From Eledone cirrhosa (taxonomy: Eukaryota), in contig OZ024742.1 of assembly GCA_964016885.1 (NCBI GenBank), positions 191,084,001 to 191,148,000 on the forward strand: a DNA stretch of 64,000 nucleotides, given 5' to 3'. The translations under genes and the position numbers were made by a program. A model generated the notes under the pieces. It saw nothing but the letters and a program-made list of their open reading frames with translations, had not been told where the DNA came from and did no database searches. How positions within the stretch are numbered: the stretch's first letter is position 1; every line of letters starts with the position of its first letter. Of this stretch, positions 27,977 to 43,042 are shown one piece after another.

Positions 27977-28271
27977 ATATATATATAGATATTATATATA
28001 TACGGGGTAACAAATTATTGTTATAGGTAGTCCACTTAAGTGTAGTCCAGTTATGGTACTCCGGGTAGTGGATGATATCAACGCTTGGCTAAGTTTGACT
28101 CAACAAGGCGTTTGCATAGTGATGTTGCGAGTACGCTCTAATTCCTATGTTGTAAACACTTGGAGTACTTCAGAGAAACAATTGTCAGCAATGAGATTAA
28201 AAACCTTTTTTGTATAGCAAACCGTGTCACTCTTCTTTCCCAATTTATATATATATACATATATATATGAA

Positions 28272-30080
<1,809 letters not shown>

Positions 30081-30107
30081 ATATATATATATATATATGC
30101 ATATATA

Positions 30108-30194
<87 letters not shown>

Positions 30195-30458
30195 GTGAAC
30201 AACAATTATAATTGAGTGGCTGCTATTTGCAGTATATCAATATAAGGTTGCAATTACCAATGAAACGGTCGTAAATACCTGGATAAAATCCTTCTCTTAA
30301 TGCTTACCTGTGTTTTCTCTTTTATACTTTATACTCCAAGATTGAACACGGAATTCTTACAAACTTGTGGAGTTACCCCTAACCGTACGTTGAAACCATC
30401 CATGAAACTGGCTTTCTTAACCAAAAACTGGATCACAATAAGCAATTTTTTGCTTCTC

Positions 30459-30498
<40 letters not shown>

Positions 30499-31537
30499 CG
30501 AAACATAAGTCAATTGCATGAACTCATAATCCTTTATTTACTGCTATATATATTACGTGGATAGCCATTGAATGGCTATGATATCATCAGGCAGTTAGTC
30601 AGTTCTTAGATATGCCAGCTCTGTGTTTATAGTGTTGATGGTATCAGAGCCTTGGGACATATATATATATATTTAATCTCTCAAAAATAGCAGATTGACT
30701 AAGCATGAGTGTTTTTTTTCGCCTGAATTTTTTTCCCCTGAATTTTATTTATCATTCCATATTCAGATGAAGGAATAGTGTTCGAAATGTTAAGAGACTT
30801 TTACTAGTATTACGTACGTTAAACTAATACATTTCTCCACTGCACTGTGTTGTTTGCTTTGTTATTTCTGTTTATGTTTTACACACATACACGCGCCTAC
30901 ACAACACACACACAAACACATACACACATACACAGAAACACACACACTCATAAACACAGACACACACACACATATATGCACACACTCACACACGCATATA
31001 TATATATATATATATATATAAGCAATTATTTTATTTTTCAATATTGGAAAATTCGACAATGCATATAAGTGAATATAACAATAGTTGGTTACTATAGATA
31101 ATTGTTCAATATATCAACTATATTTCCCTACCACATAAGCGCAGAAAGTGAACAGAAGTGTATTCGTGGAATAGGAGCACGCATCTTTAGTATGTTCCAT
31201 TTAAAATTATATAAAGACACTCAGGAGCACAACCCTACATCTAAATATATGCATAAATACAAACACCAATATATACAATTGCTCTTTGTGTATATATATA
31301 TATGAAAATGACAAACAGAAATAACACAAAGCAAACTACACAGCAGAATGAAAACATATATTAATTTTAAGCTTATTATAGTAGGAATAAAGTCTTAAGT
31401 TTTCGGACACTATTCTTTCATCAGAAAATTTAATGAGTAATTGAAGAAAAAAAAAATGGGGAAATGGGGAGTGGTACAATTAAATATATATATATATACA
31501 CACACACACACTTGCGTGCGTGCACACACACAAACAT

Positions 31538-31591
<54 letters not shown>

Positions 31592-31658
31592 ATAGTAGTA
31601 GCTATGTTGCTTCCGTAGGCGGTATGCCAAAATTAGCACTCGATATTCATCAGAATAG

Positions 31659-31784
31659 AGTGTATATATTATTTAAAAAATGAAAAATCAGTGGTGCATC
31701 TGGACTTAGTTTATTTCGTAACACGAAATAAACTAAGTCCAGATGCATCACTGATTTTTCGTTTTTTTTATAATATATATCACT
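31659..31784. repeat. Near-perfect hairpin/inverted repeat (about 60-bp arms, loop AAC at 31720-31722)
   Basis: GAAAAATCAGTGGTGCATCTGGACTTAGTTTATTTCGT / ACGAAATAAACTAAGTCCAGATGCATCACTGATTTTTC. Confidence 0.9.
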
Positions 31785-32899
31785 GGTATAAATTCAGTGT
31801 CCACCGGACAGCGTCTAGCTCACTCAATGAATCTGGCGAATTAGAGTAATGAAGCTGCAAGTAACTGTTCAGATTGCACACATTTAGTTAATAGCAGATA
31901 CGTTAGCTGTGTTTAGGTAGAGATACAAATAAATGTCTCATCGTCTGGACGAGGTCGTTTCTGTGTAATATAACTTCGCAAATGCAGATATTACGTCCGC
32001 AATGTTCAGAAAATCACGATAAATCAGCGGCTACCTACGTAATCGGGCTAATACCGGTCTTCAGCAGGTTGCCCAAGTCATACGATATGTCCGTGCAGTG
32101 TGAGCTAGCCTTCACTACAGGATAAGCTAATTAGCAGTTCACAGCATTCCCTCACTATGCATCTAATAAAAGTATATTATATCGCAGACTGAATCACATG
32201 GTCTCGTAGCTGAATTCAAACAAAGGAATTCGCCCCAAAACGAAGCACTCAACCGGCCTCTAGTATATGTGTATAGACACATTACGAGTGTAATGCATAT
32301 ATACATATATACAAGCAAATACATTCTGATTTGTGATACAAAGTCGAACAATCAATGCCCAAAATTTAATATGAGGAATCATAATATATATCTAGCAAAT
32401 AGGAGTAGTTAAGGCGGGATTATTTCACCATATTTACTATATTGCAGGGTATATATGGCTATTACATGGTTATGGATGTGACTTTATCAGATGCTTTCGC
32501 AATCATAGGTGTAGTTAGAGTATCATTGGCAATGTCTCTGGTCACGTACTATCATCCTGTACAGGGTGGTAATACATGACCGGGGTCACAGATACAGTGG
32601 TGCTGTTTGCAGTAACAGTGATGGTGATAATAACGGTAGTACTGGTGATGGCAGTGTTATTGATATTGTTGATAATGATAATGATGAAGACACGATTATA
32701 TAAACGGTTATATAAAAACGGTGTCTCAATAAGAACACGGGTGGTAAAGGAAAAAGCCCAACAAACCCCTCTCATGGAAACAATGCTAAACAATAATATA
32801 ATAGGTAATGGCGTGAATGAGGTTAGAAACAATCACGGAAAAGTCCCTTACCCAACATGTTTGGAGCCCCCGGCAACAAGATAAGTGATCTGGCTTCGG

Positions 32900-35800
32900 A
32901 CATTCGTTACCAATCAACAGCTCACAAACGGAACGTTCGCGTAGCTTGACACAAATTGAAGAAGGAAGATGACGCTACACTGAATGAATGTAATGAAAGA
33001 GCAACGCTGGAAGGTAGTCGTGGTGTAGGACGACGCACAGTGGACCTTTGGTTAGAAAAGAGCATATTTGAAATGTCTGAATGTAAACTAATGAATCAAA
33101 TGGAGGTGAATAGGAGGAAAGGGTGGTTAACTATGGTCGACATATCTGGGATTAGTGAACGCTTAAAGGAACCTGCAGATAGACAACAAAATGAAGTTAG
33201 TGCAGAAGCTAGAACCGTCACTACGGTTGAAGATAATAAACAAAAATAGGTAGCAGAAGCTGGGAAGTTGTGATAAAACTGTTAGGGCTGATGAAGAAGA
33301 ATGTCATTCTTTGAACCCAGGTATGGCTGGGGTGGAGAATGGTGATGCAATAGGAGGGATTCACTTGGATGATAAGTCGCTTGAGTTACGTAAACGGCTT
33401 ACGGATTTGAGGAATGCCCCAGAAGAAATATTTCCAATGAATGCGACGTGTAGATAGGAGGATGATAATTTTAATTCCAAAATGCTATCACATACAACAT
33501 GCTATTACATACCCAGACAGAAGATATAACGCATACAAGAAACTTTACTCGAGCTGTTGCACTGCTAGTAGAGGAGCAAATGCGACTGAAGAACACTAAA
33601 CAGAGTAAGGCAAAAGATCCATGGAGGAATCAAAGCATTGAAAATGCTATAATGCATGATCTAAGTAAAATGGTTTGGTTTAGTGGAAATCGTCAAAATG
33701 GAAAAGAAAATCTGATCTAGGACATAAAATACAGATGAGTGGATTCCAAACTGTTATAAACTGCTAAAACAGAATTTTCTCGAAATACCGGAAGATAAGG
33801 AGATATATAAATAGAAATAAACAGTTTGAGGAGAATAGATTGTTCCAAAATAATGCAAAACCTAATACTTATAAGGCCAATGGGGACCTTGAATGTAATA
33901 TGGGGGGAACAATATGGGGCGTGGAAAGGATGTGAAGTGGATAGATATATTGCAAGGAGAACATGTAAAAAGAGATATTACCATAAACATAGTCGATGTG
34001 AAGGCTCATGTAGCCAAGATAACAAACTGGAATGCCCCCGGACGAGCTGTGATCGACGGCGTTTGGTGGAAATTATGAAATGGAATACACGAAAGCTGGC
34101 AACGTAATTGAATGAATGCTTCTAGAGAGTTGCAATCTCTACCTGGATGATTACAGAGAGGACAACGCTTGTGTTAAAATACAGAAATGAAGGGCATAAT
34201 GTGGGAAACTACCACTCTATAGCATGCCTAAACAAAATATGGAAGATTCTCCCTGGGATATATACTGGGAAGACATATGCTTTTCTATCACATGAAGGGA
34301 TATTACCAACGGAACAAAATGGATGTAGGAAGAGGTCCCAGGGTACAAATAATCACCTGGTTATTGATAAGGCAGTTTTTAGGCATAGTATGAAACATCA
34401 TACAAATATGTCTCAGGCCTTGAATTTCAGGAAGCATATGATATGGTGCTCCAGTTTTGGATTTGCGAATGCCTGCAGATACTTGGCATTGCTGATAATA
34501 TCACAAAGTTTCTGCTGAATAGTATCCAGAATGGAAAATCCAAGTTATACTCAAGCAATGTCTTTCTCGAAGAAATAGAAATTAAAAGAGTTATCTTCCA
34601 AGATCATTCATTATCACCTCCTTTACTATTTGTTATAACATTGATACCGATACAAATGGGCTACTAATTTGGAACGCAAAGACCATTCATTAACAACCTG
34701 GTTATGGATAACCTGAAATGTTTTGGAAAATCTGAAAACCAAATAGTCTCATTGGTGAAAACAGTTAAGATAGTAGCAGAGAGATTGGTATGGAATTTGG
34801 GGTTTCCAAATGCTCTGTACTCAAAATGAAAAGAGGGAAAAATCAGCCTGTGGTGAATTACGACTACGAATGGGAATAACCATGCGAAAACCAGAAGATA
34901 GTTGCTATAAATATTTGGGGATCTTAGAGCTAGATGATATTTTGAATACATAAATGAAAGAAAAGGTTAGAGGAATATACTTAAAAAGATTAAATATGAT
35001 TTTAAAACCCAACTTAAATGCAATAAATCTGGGCACTGCAATGAATATTTGGGCAGTCGAAGTGTTTTGATATTGTGTATCCATCCTCAGTTGAGCTGAA
35101 GAAGAAATACCAAAGTTGGATAGAAAGGGGAGAACGTTAATAACAATATACGGAGCTGTACACCTTAAAGCAAATATTAATAGTCTATACATGAAAAGAA
35201 AGAATGGTGGCAGAAGCCTCAACAGTGTAGATCATTATATAAGGAGTGAAAGGAGAATGCTTGTAGAATATTTGGTAAACAGTCACGAAGGGTTTATACA
35301 ATACGCAGCAGAAGATATAAATGCAGTAGAAATAGTTGAAAAGGAAGTGTTTAACCAAAGACTTGAAGAGAAAATAAAAGATCTAAGAAATAGAGTGCTT
35401 GGTCAATTTTAAAGAAATGCACAGGATATCAAGGAAAAAACAACTTGGTCATGTCTTAGGCAATGTGATTTTAAACGTGCCACTGAAAGCCTTATAACTG
35501 GAGCGCAAGACCGAGCTCTTACTACCAATTCAGTGAAGTATAACATCTAGACTTCTGGCACCCAGAAAAGCAGGCTCTGTGAAAAGAATGAGAAAATGTA
35601 ACCCACTTAATAAGTGGATATAAGAGCCTTGCGGAAAAATAATATAGGTGCCGTCATGATAAAGTCTGTATATACCTTCATTGGCTTCTGTGCCGTAAAT
35701 ACCAATATGAAGTCATAGAGAATTGGTATAAGCATATGCTTTGTAAAGTAATGCAGGAGGATGGGAAAGCAACGATATTCTCTGATTATGATTTTCAAAC

Positions 35801-36215
35801 TAATATAATATTTGAGCATCACTGACTGAAGATTGTCTCATTGAACAAGAAAGACAAATACTGTCTTATCATCGAGGTGACCATACCAAATGGCACGAAT
35901 ACTGAGAGTAGTGAGATCGAAAAAATCACCAAGTACTCTGAATTGAAAGTGGAGCTGGCAAGACTATTTGGAATGCAAGGGGATAATATGAAAAGGGATA
36001 CCAGCAGAGATCCGGTTATTAAGGTCAAGCTCAATGAAACTTCAAAAGGTCTTAAAACAACTGGGAGTACCATAGAGTTTAGGTGTCATGCAAAAGCGGC
36101 TTTGCTAGGTACTGCGCACATTTTATTTCAGGTCCTTGATGCGAGTTGAGAGTTGACTAAATACCATCGTGCATTACCTATCTGCCCTGCTTAATAAGAG
36201 CGATAATAATAATAT
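32900..36215 (+). mobile_element. Decayed R4/Dong-type non-LTR retrotransposon (RT plus restriction-like endonuclease)
   Basis: Fragments WMITERTTLV..NYHSIACLNKIWKIL, EQNGCRKRSQGTNNHLVIDK, IFQDHSLSP, YKYLGILE, LYMKRKNGGRSL, TESLITGAQDRAL, IIEVTIP...EIEKITKYSELKVEL, KAALLGTAHIL; (AAT)-rich tail. Multiple stops and frameshifts; 5' boundary approximate. Confidence 0.85.
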
Positions 36216-36221
36216 AAATAA

Positions 36222-36268
<47 letters not shown>

Positions 36269-36390
36269 ATAGGATGATGAGGAGGAGGGGGGAGGGGGTT
36301 GAAGGCGGATTAGTAGTAGTAAAATTAGTAGCAGTAGTAGTAGCAGTAGTAGTAGTAGTACTAACAATTGTAGTAGTAGTAATAGTAACA

Positions 36391-36426
<36 letters not shown>

Positions 36427-36475
36427 GTAGTAGTAGTAGCAGTAGTAGTAGTAGTAGTAGTAGCAGCAGCAGCAT
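36222..36475. repeat. (TAG)n/(CAG)n microsatellite region
   Basis: Direct reading. Confidence 0.95.
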
Positions 36476-36625
36476 AGACACAGTCGTAACTTCTTCATTA
36501 TGTTTCTAATTATAGATTTCGGTAAAAATAATCTATTGTCTCTTTCACTCTATCACTCCCTCTGTACACACACACACAGGCATACATACTCACACACATA
36601 GACACACACACATATGCAAACACAG

Positions 36626-36659
<34 letters not shown>

Positions 36660-37115
36660 GCACATACACACTTATGCATACAGACAACAACACGCATAAA
36701 TACACACACATACATAAACATACATCCACATAAACGTATGAAGTGTTTGCTTTCTCTGTGGCTTATAGCTCTCCAAATTATAGCTGTTTAACACATCTTC
36801 CACGACCTCTCATTGTTCTCAACCTCTTTCCAGAATATTCCACTTTAATTCTGTCTTACGTTGTCTCTCCTCTTTCTTTCTCTGTCTCATTCACCATATC
36901 TCCACCATTCTCTGGTCAAATTCTGTCCAGCTGACTAATTATCTGACTTCCTCTTTGATTCTATAAGCTTACAATATATGAAAATGAGATAAAATGAGAG
37001 AGAGATTGACATAGAGAGAGAAAAAGCGATTGTCTCATGCCAACATCTAATATGAGCGAGGTGTTGTCTCTTTCCTGCCTGTCTGTGTGTCTATCTCTTT
37101 CTTTGTTTCTCACAA

Positions 37116-37205
<90 letters not shown>

Positions 37206-37799
37206 CTCTCATAAATGCTTACTCTGCTAAGCATTTACCGGAATTTAATTAACCAAATTTGACATTAGCTCTCTAATTAATGCCTCTTGTGTTTGTAAGC
37301 GTTCAGCGCTGCCGAATAGTTTAGTAAGTTGTGTGATGTATCAGAGAGCAAACAGCGATCAGTCGATTCATTGAACGGTGATATTAAATGTGTTCGCCTG
37401 GTTGTTGTTTCATTCATTGTATAAACTCTCAAATGGTAGACAGGACAAGATATGATGAGGGCAACGATGGGGAGGACAGGACAATATCCAGCGAGGGCGA
37501 CGACGGGAACAGAAGAAGAATTAATAGAATAAATTGTATTGTAACGTCGGAACATTGCAAGTACGTGAATTTATTATTATGGTCATTTGATTTCTGGGTG
37601 ATTTTTAGTATTCCATTACATAATTGATCTTCTCTATCATGTAACAAACATGGTTGGGATACGTTATATTGGTAAGCCAATACATTGATATTATAAATGG
37701 GCATGGCTGAATGCTTCAGAAGTTCACTTCGCAATGATAATGTCTCTGGGAAGAGTAACCTTACGGCACCTGCCAATATTAATACATTTGTGTGTTTAG

Positions 37800-38100
37800 A
37801 GCGGCGGATTGGCAGAGCTATAAGAGCATCCGACGAAATGCATTACGCAATTTAGCTATTTCACATCCCGCCGAAGTCAAATTTGCCTATCATCTTTGCA
37901 CATAAAGTGCCAATAACGTATTGGGTCGATATATTTGATTGTTTCCTCGATTATAATACTGGCATTTTGCTTATGTCAAAAAAAACAAACCGATTACTTT
38001 AAAAAGGCGGTGGATAGGCAGTCACGTTAGAGCGACAGACAGAATGTTTTTCAGTATTTGGTTATGACTTTGTACGTTCTGAATTTTAATCCCTTGTCTT
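37800..38100 (+). mobile_element. Two degenerate SINE copies (same family as 45009)
   Basis: GGCGGATTGGCAGAG and GGCGGTGGATAGGCAG heads; ATCCCGCCGAAGTCAAATTTGCCTATCATC core. Confidence 0.6.
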
Positions 38101-39084
38101 TAATACTGCCTGGGTCGAAGATTATTGTGGTTGATATAGTCAACTTTACCCTTCCCACAATGTTCTGGCTATGTGCGATTCTTTGCAAAACAAATATTAA
38201 TATCTGTATGCAGAGGTGTGTGTCGTTAAGATGTTTGCTTCGGAAACAAAATCTCTCGAACTGTAAGCTCACTGCACTTGCCATTAGTACATGTATTAAC
38301 AGTAAATTGACTATATGTATAGACGCAGACATAGTGGAGATATCAGAGGGGAACATAGCAAGCAAACAAATGGGTACCGAACATTTCTCGGATACATTAG
38401 ACATGGTAAATATGCACGAAATTGCGAAGGAACCATGGTTGACCGGCATCGTTTCCCATTCTGCGGCATTTTGACTCGTGTCAACTCATGCATTCTGAGA
38501 GAAATTGGGTTAATTGAAACTGTGTGGAAACCCGTCTGTTTGATTGTACTTATAATTCAGTTTCGGCCATGTAAGTTAGTTTTAGGCTGATCTGGCATGG
38601 GAAGTAAGTTCAGAGTACACGTGTGTGTGAAATACTCAACGACGTCCACCTTAATTTATATGTTTGACGTTCAGTTGAAGGATCATCTTCGAAAACGACG
38701 GACAATCTATAAACACAAGTATTTAGTATTTCTGCATGAGTGAAGTCTGATGACTAAAACCAGATAAAGAATAAAAGTGAAAGAGTTTTGGCATTCGTGG
38801 TTGATATTTGCGATGATCTTGCATTATTATCAAAATCACTACAAAGGAAAGAATTGAGTCTCACAATGGCATGTAAAATCAACAAGCGTAGAAATCCTTT
38901 GTTTATACAATTAACAATAACCTTGGGATGCAGGAAAATAAAATTAATGAACTAACACATTGATGCATTCAAGTGCATAGAATTAAAGAAAGGGAAAATT
39001 AATGAAGTGTATAATTTATCAAATGGAGATAAGAGTAACAGATTAGAAAAACATTACGTTTAAAATGGATAATTTGTGTTCCAC

Positions 39085-39245
39085 CAATAATGGTTTTTAA
39101 TTTAAGCACGAGGCCAGCAATCTGGGGTGAGAGAAGTCGATTAAATTGACCCTCATTTATTTTATAGATCCCAGGAGGTTTATAGGCAAAGTTAACATGG
39201 GTAGGATTTGAATTAAGAGTGTAAAGAACCGTAACAAATACCATA
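39085..39245 (-). mobile_element. Degenerate SINE copy
   Basis: Reverse of core and tail (AGGCAAAGTTAAC...GGATTTGAA). Confidence 0.6.
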
Positions 39246-39470
39246 TGGCAAGATCATCGAAAATGTCAGCCACGAATGCCAAGTCTCTTTCTCTTTTGTT
39301 ATTTTTCTGGTTTCTCTCATAACTCTGCACTCTGGCAGGAGTACTGTCTTGACTTAATTTATTATATTGACTCCAGCGTATATCATTTCAAATCCGATGC
39401 ATATGGTATCGATCTGTTCTTTGTCAAACCACTAGGTTACGGGTCACACATACACGCACAAACACACACA

Positions 39471-39504
<34 letters not shown>

Positions 39505-39544
39505 AACACACACACACACAGATATATTTGTGAGTCTGTGTGTG

Positions 39545-39601
<57 letters not shown>

Positions 39602-39844
39602 AAAATTTGTCTTCACCATAACATGGTGGATATGTAAATGCATACTTTTGGGAATACTATATATTCTCAACAGTTCCAGGGTGTAAGAGTAGGGAGAGAA
39701 ATACATAATCTTGATAAGAGGCAATAACCCCGAAAGAATTGTAGTCTGTTTTTCTTTCTGCTACAGCTGGAACAAAGGGATGATGTTAGTCGTCTTGAGC
39801 ATATGGCGTACTGAAGCTGTTTGCTTGCAAACGAACCGAATATT

Positions 39845-39962
39845 AATAATTGATTCTACGTTTGGCACAAGACCAGCAATTATCCCAGTGTATTACTGGT
39901 ATTTTATTTTATCGACCCCGTAAGGATGAAAGGCAAATTTAACCTCAGCGGGATTTGAACCG
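39845..39962 (-). mobile_element. SINE fragment
   Basis: CTGGTATTTTATTTTATCGACCCCGTAAGGATGAAAGGCAAA...GGGATTTGAAC. Confidence 0.82.
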
Positions 39963-40162
39963 AATATTAATAATATTATAATGTTCTTATCATTCACTCA
40001 CAAATTCATCTATCTATCTATATATATATAAGAAGACATTAAAAGATGGTTAAAGAAGTTCCATATAATTTATTATGTACATTTCGAAAACAACATCATC
40101 CTGGGACAAAAATTGTGTTCTCATCAGATAAAATAAGTTAACATGATATGAGGCCTAAACAG

Positions 40163-40263
40163 ACTTGTCCACAGGAAAGCGCAAGGTCTATATATACTCC
40201 AGTTCTACCAACAGTTGGTAGAACTGGAGTATATATAGACCTTGCACTTTCCTGTTGACAAGT
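40163..40263. repeat. Near-perfect palindrome (50-bp arms, centre 40213)
   Basis: ACTTGTCCACAGGAAAGCGCAAGGTCTATATATACTCCAGTTCTACCAAC-A-GTTGGTAGAACTGGAGTATATATAGACCTTGCACTTTCCTGTTGACAAGT. Confidence 0.92.
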
Positions 40264-40584
40264 GTGTCTTCCGATTCCAGAGTCAGGATAGATCATTAAT
40301 CGAACATATATGTCTGTGTGTATCTGTGTGTATCTGTGTGTATCTGTGTGTGTGTGTGTGTGGGTGTGTGTGCATAAGGGAACACAGAATCAGTATTACT
40401 TCATTTACATATTTAATTACATATGTTTCACTGTCGATCAGGTCGAAGAATGTTCGATTAATGACCTATCCTGACTCTGGAATCGGAATCTCCTCAGATA
40501 TATGTTCACATGTAGACGCGAGTCTACATATTTGAATATATTAATTCAAAGTTTTCTAGTAATAATTTAAGTTACAGTTGACGT

Positions 40585-40692
40585 TCCCCGCCGCAGTTAA
40601 CTTTGCCTTTCATCCTTACGGGGTCGATAAAATAAAGTACCAGTAATGTACTGGGTAATTACTGGCATTGTGCCAAATGTAGAAACAATTAT
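40585..40692 (+). mobile_element. SINE 3' fragment
   Basis: Core CTTTGCCTTTCATCCTTACGGGGTCGATAAAATAAAGTACCAG plus tail. Confidence 0.85.
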
Positions 40693-41853
40693 GTAGGTTA
40701 CCTTAACTGTTGGTTCAAATATATTGCAATAATTTATATCTCGGACTGTATTACAACATCTTATTACTAACAAGAGGATTACGCTCTATTACCTGATCCG
40801 TTGGTTTAAATGCCTCAATATTTTTTACAACACTGTGTTCAAGGTTAAATTTCTGCCCCAGATCAACTGTGTCTTTTATCTTTTCTATGTCCATAAATAA
40901 AGTAACATTCCATAGCTGGTGGATTAGCGGAAGTGCTAAATAGTTGGATAACATACTTTACGGTATATATTCCGGCTCTGTAAGTTCAAATCTTACCCCC
41001 TGTCAATGAAAAAACAGTCATGCATCTATCATGAGTTCGAACAGGAGACAGCAGCAGCAATGGAAAGACCAGCGGAAACCCGTTTTTCTTGGTTCAATCT
41101 GACGATCAACTTCATCTAAAATAACTTGTATTCTATGATATATACACGGTCAAATTATAACTTAACAAAATAATTAAATAAATCTGTAGAAATGACAGAT
41201 TTTTGTCTAAGCATTGTACATTTTTCCTTCAGAACAAAATACATTCAAAGTAATGTTTAAATATTCTGTATCAAATCCTGCATTAAGTGAAGTACGTCGT
41301 TACATATTTATAAACATTTTCTGCCGCATTTGATTCTAATTCAACCAACATAACACACAACGGTGATCAACAATTATCTAATTCACAATTTATAAAAAAT
41401 AAGAACACATTTCCTAGAAACCTATGACGCTAAATCAATAACCATTAATATTCGTTCGCTATAATTATAATCAAAATATAATTGTTCATTCAGTAGCATG
41501 TAGTACGACGAATGCTGCATAAAATAAAAATGCAGGCAATACCCTAAATTTAATCTGTACTTAGTGTTCCTTCCTTTTTGCTAATGAAGGTTTGCTCTTT
41601 ACCAAACTGTAAACTGGGTTAAAAATTTGTCTGGTTAGTTCAGCCTTGTTAAAGGAATGTATGATGTTTATTTCCAAGATTCAATCAAGAAGTCTATGCC
41701 TCCAGTAGATGTATTATTGATGATGCTATCGGTTCATCGCGGGTCGTAGCAATTAATGTAGAAATCATGTCAGGGATCATGACTGTTCTTAAAGTTTAAA
41801 TTAAATATTATTCCTCACTACATTATTATTGCTAATAACCATGTATTATTTAT

Positions 41854-42042
41854 CGGTGGATTGGCAGTATCGGTAGAGGGTCGGACGCCATGCTCTGACG
41901 CATTGAGTTACGGCCCTTGCCATTATGAGTTCAAATCCCGACGACGTTAATTTTGCCTTTAATCCTTACGGGGTCGATAAAATAAAGTACCAGTAATACA
42001 CCGGGTAATTGGTGGCCGTGTGCCAAAAGTAGAAACAATTAT
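41854..42042 (+). mobile_element. Full-length SINE
   Basis: A-box-like TGGCAGTATCGG, B box GAGTTCAAATCC, core and tail. Confidence 0.88.
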
Positions 42043-42090
42043 TTATATATACATACATGTATATATATACATACATGTATATATATACAT

Positions 42091-42124
<34 letters not shown>

Positions 42125-42147
42125 GCACACACACACACACACATATT

Positions 42148-42224
<77 letters not shown>

Positions 42225-42964
42225 GTATATATTTATACATACAACATACATACATTCATACATACATACACGCATAGTTACATAAATCCATTCAGTCATA
42301 GATAATTGTGTTGGTGGTAATATTAATGGTTTTCAAGACGTATTAAGAATTTTTTCATTTAACCAAAAGTGTCTGTTATTGCTGTAAGACACTATACACC
42401 AAAACTACCATAACTTACCGAATAATAGAAAAAAAATACTTTCTATTTCTTTAGTCTCCGTTATGTGAAAATGCTATCAAAATATTTGAAAGATTTTTCA
42501 CGAATGATTATAACTTAGGAAACATTAATATTATATTTTATTTATCTTACATTAAATTTTAGTTCAGTTATCAAGTAGAACTCCAAAAATATTTTGAAAT
42601 GAATTGACATTTGATTAATAGCCAACACACCATTATACAAAATATCTTTAAAGAACTTACTAAAAAATATTATATAATCGATTATTTACACCTGTAAGAA
42701 GTATACCTAACTATGAGTTTTGTATTAAAATATATGAAGTTGAAAAATAAGACTTGCTAGTTATATACAAATGTTGCAAAATGCTGATGTGGTTAAACAG
42801 TTGGTTTAAGCAATGACCTGGAACAGCGGGTTCGATAAATCAATGTACTTTCCGTGAGCTTTGTTTCGTGGGAAACATTCATCTCTGACTTGCACATATT
42901 GTATCAGAAATCATAGATAAATGGAATGTTTATTTCAGAATTACATATCCTTTATGTCTTACCC

Positions 42965-43036
<72 letters not shown>

Positions 43037-43042
<6 letters not shown>
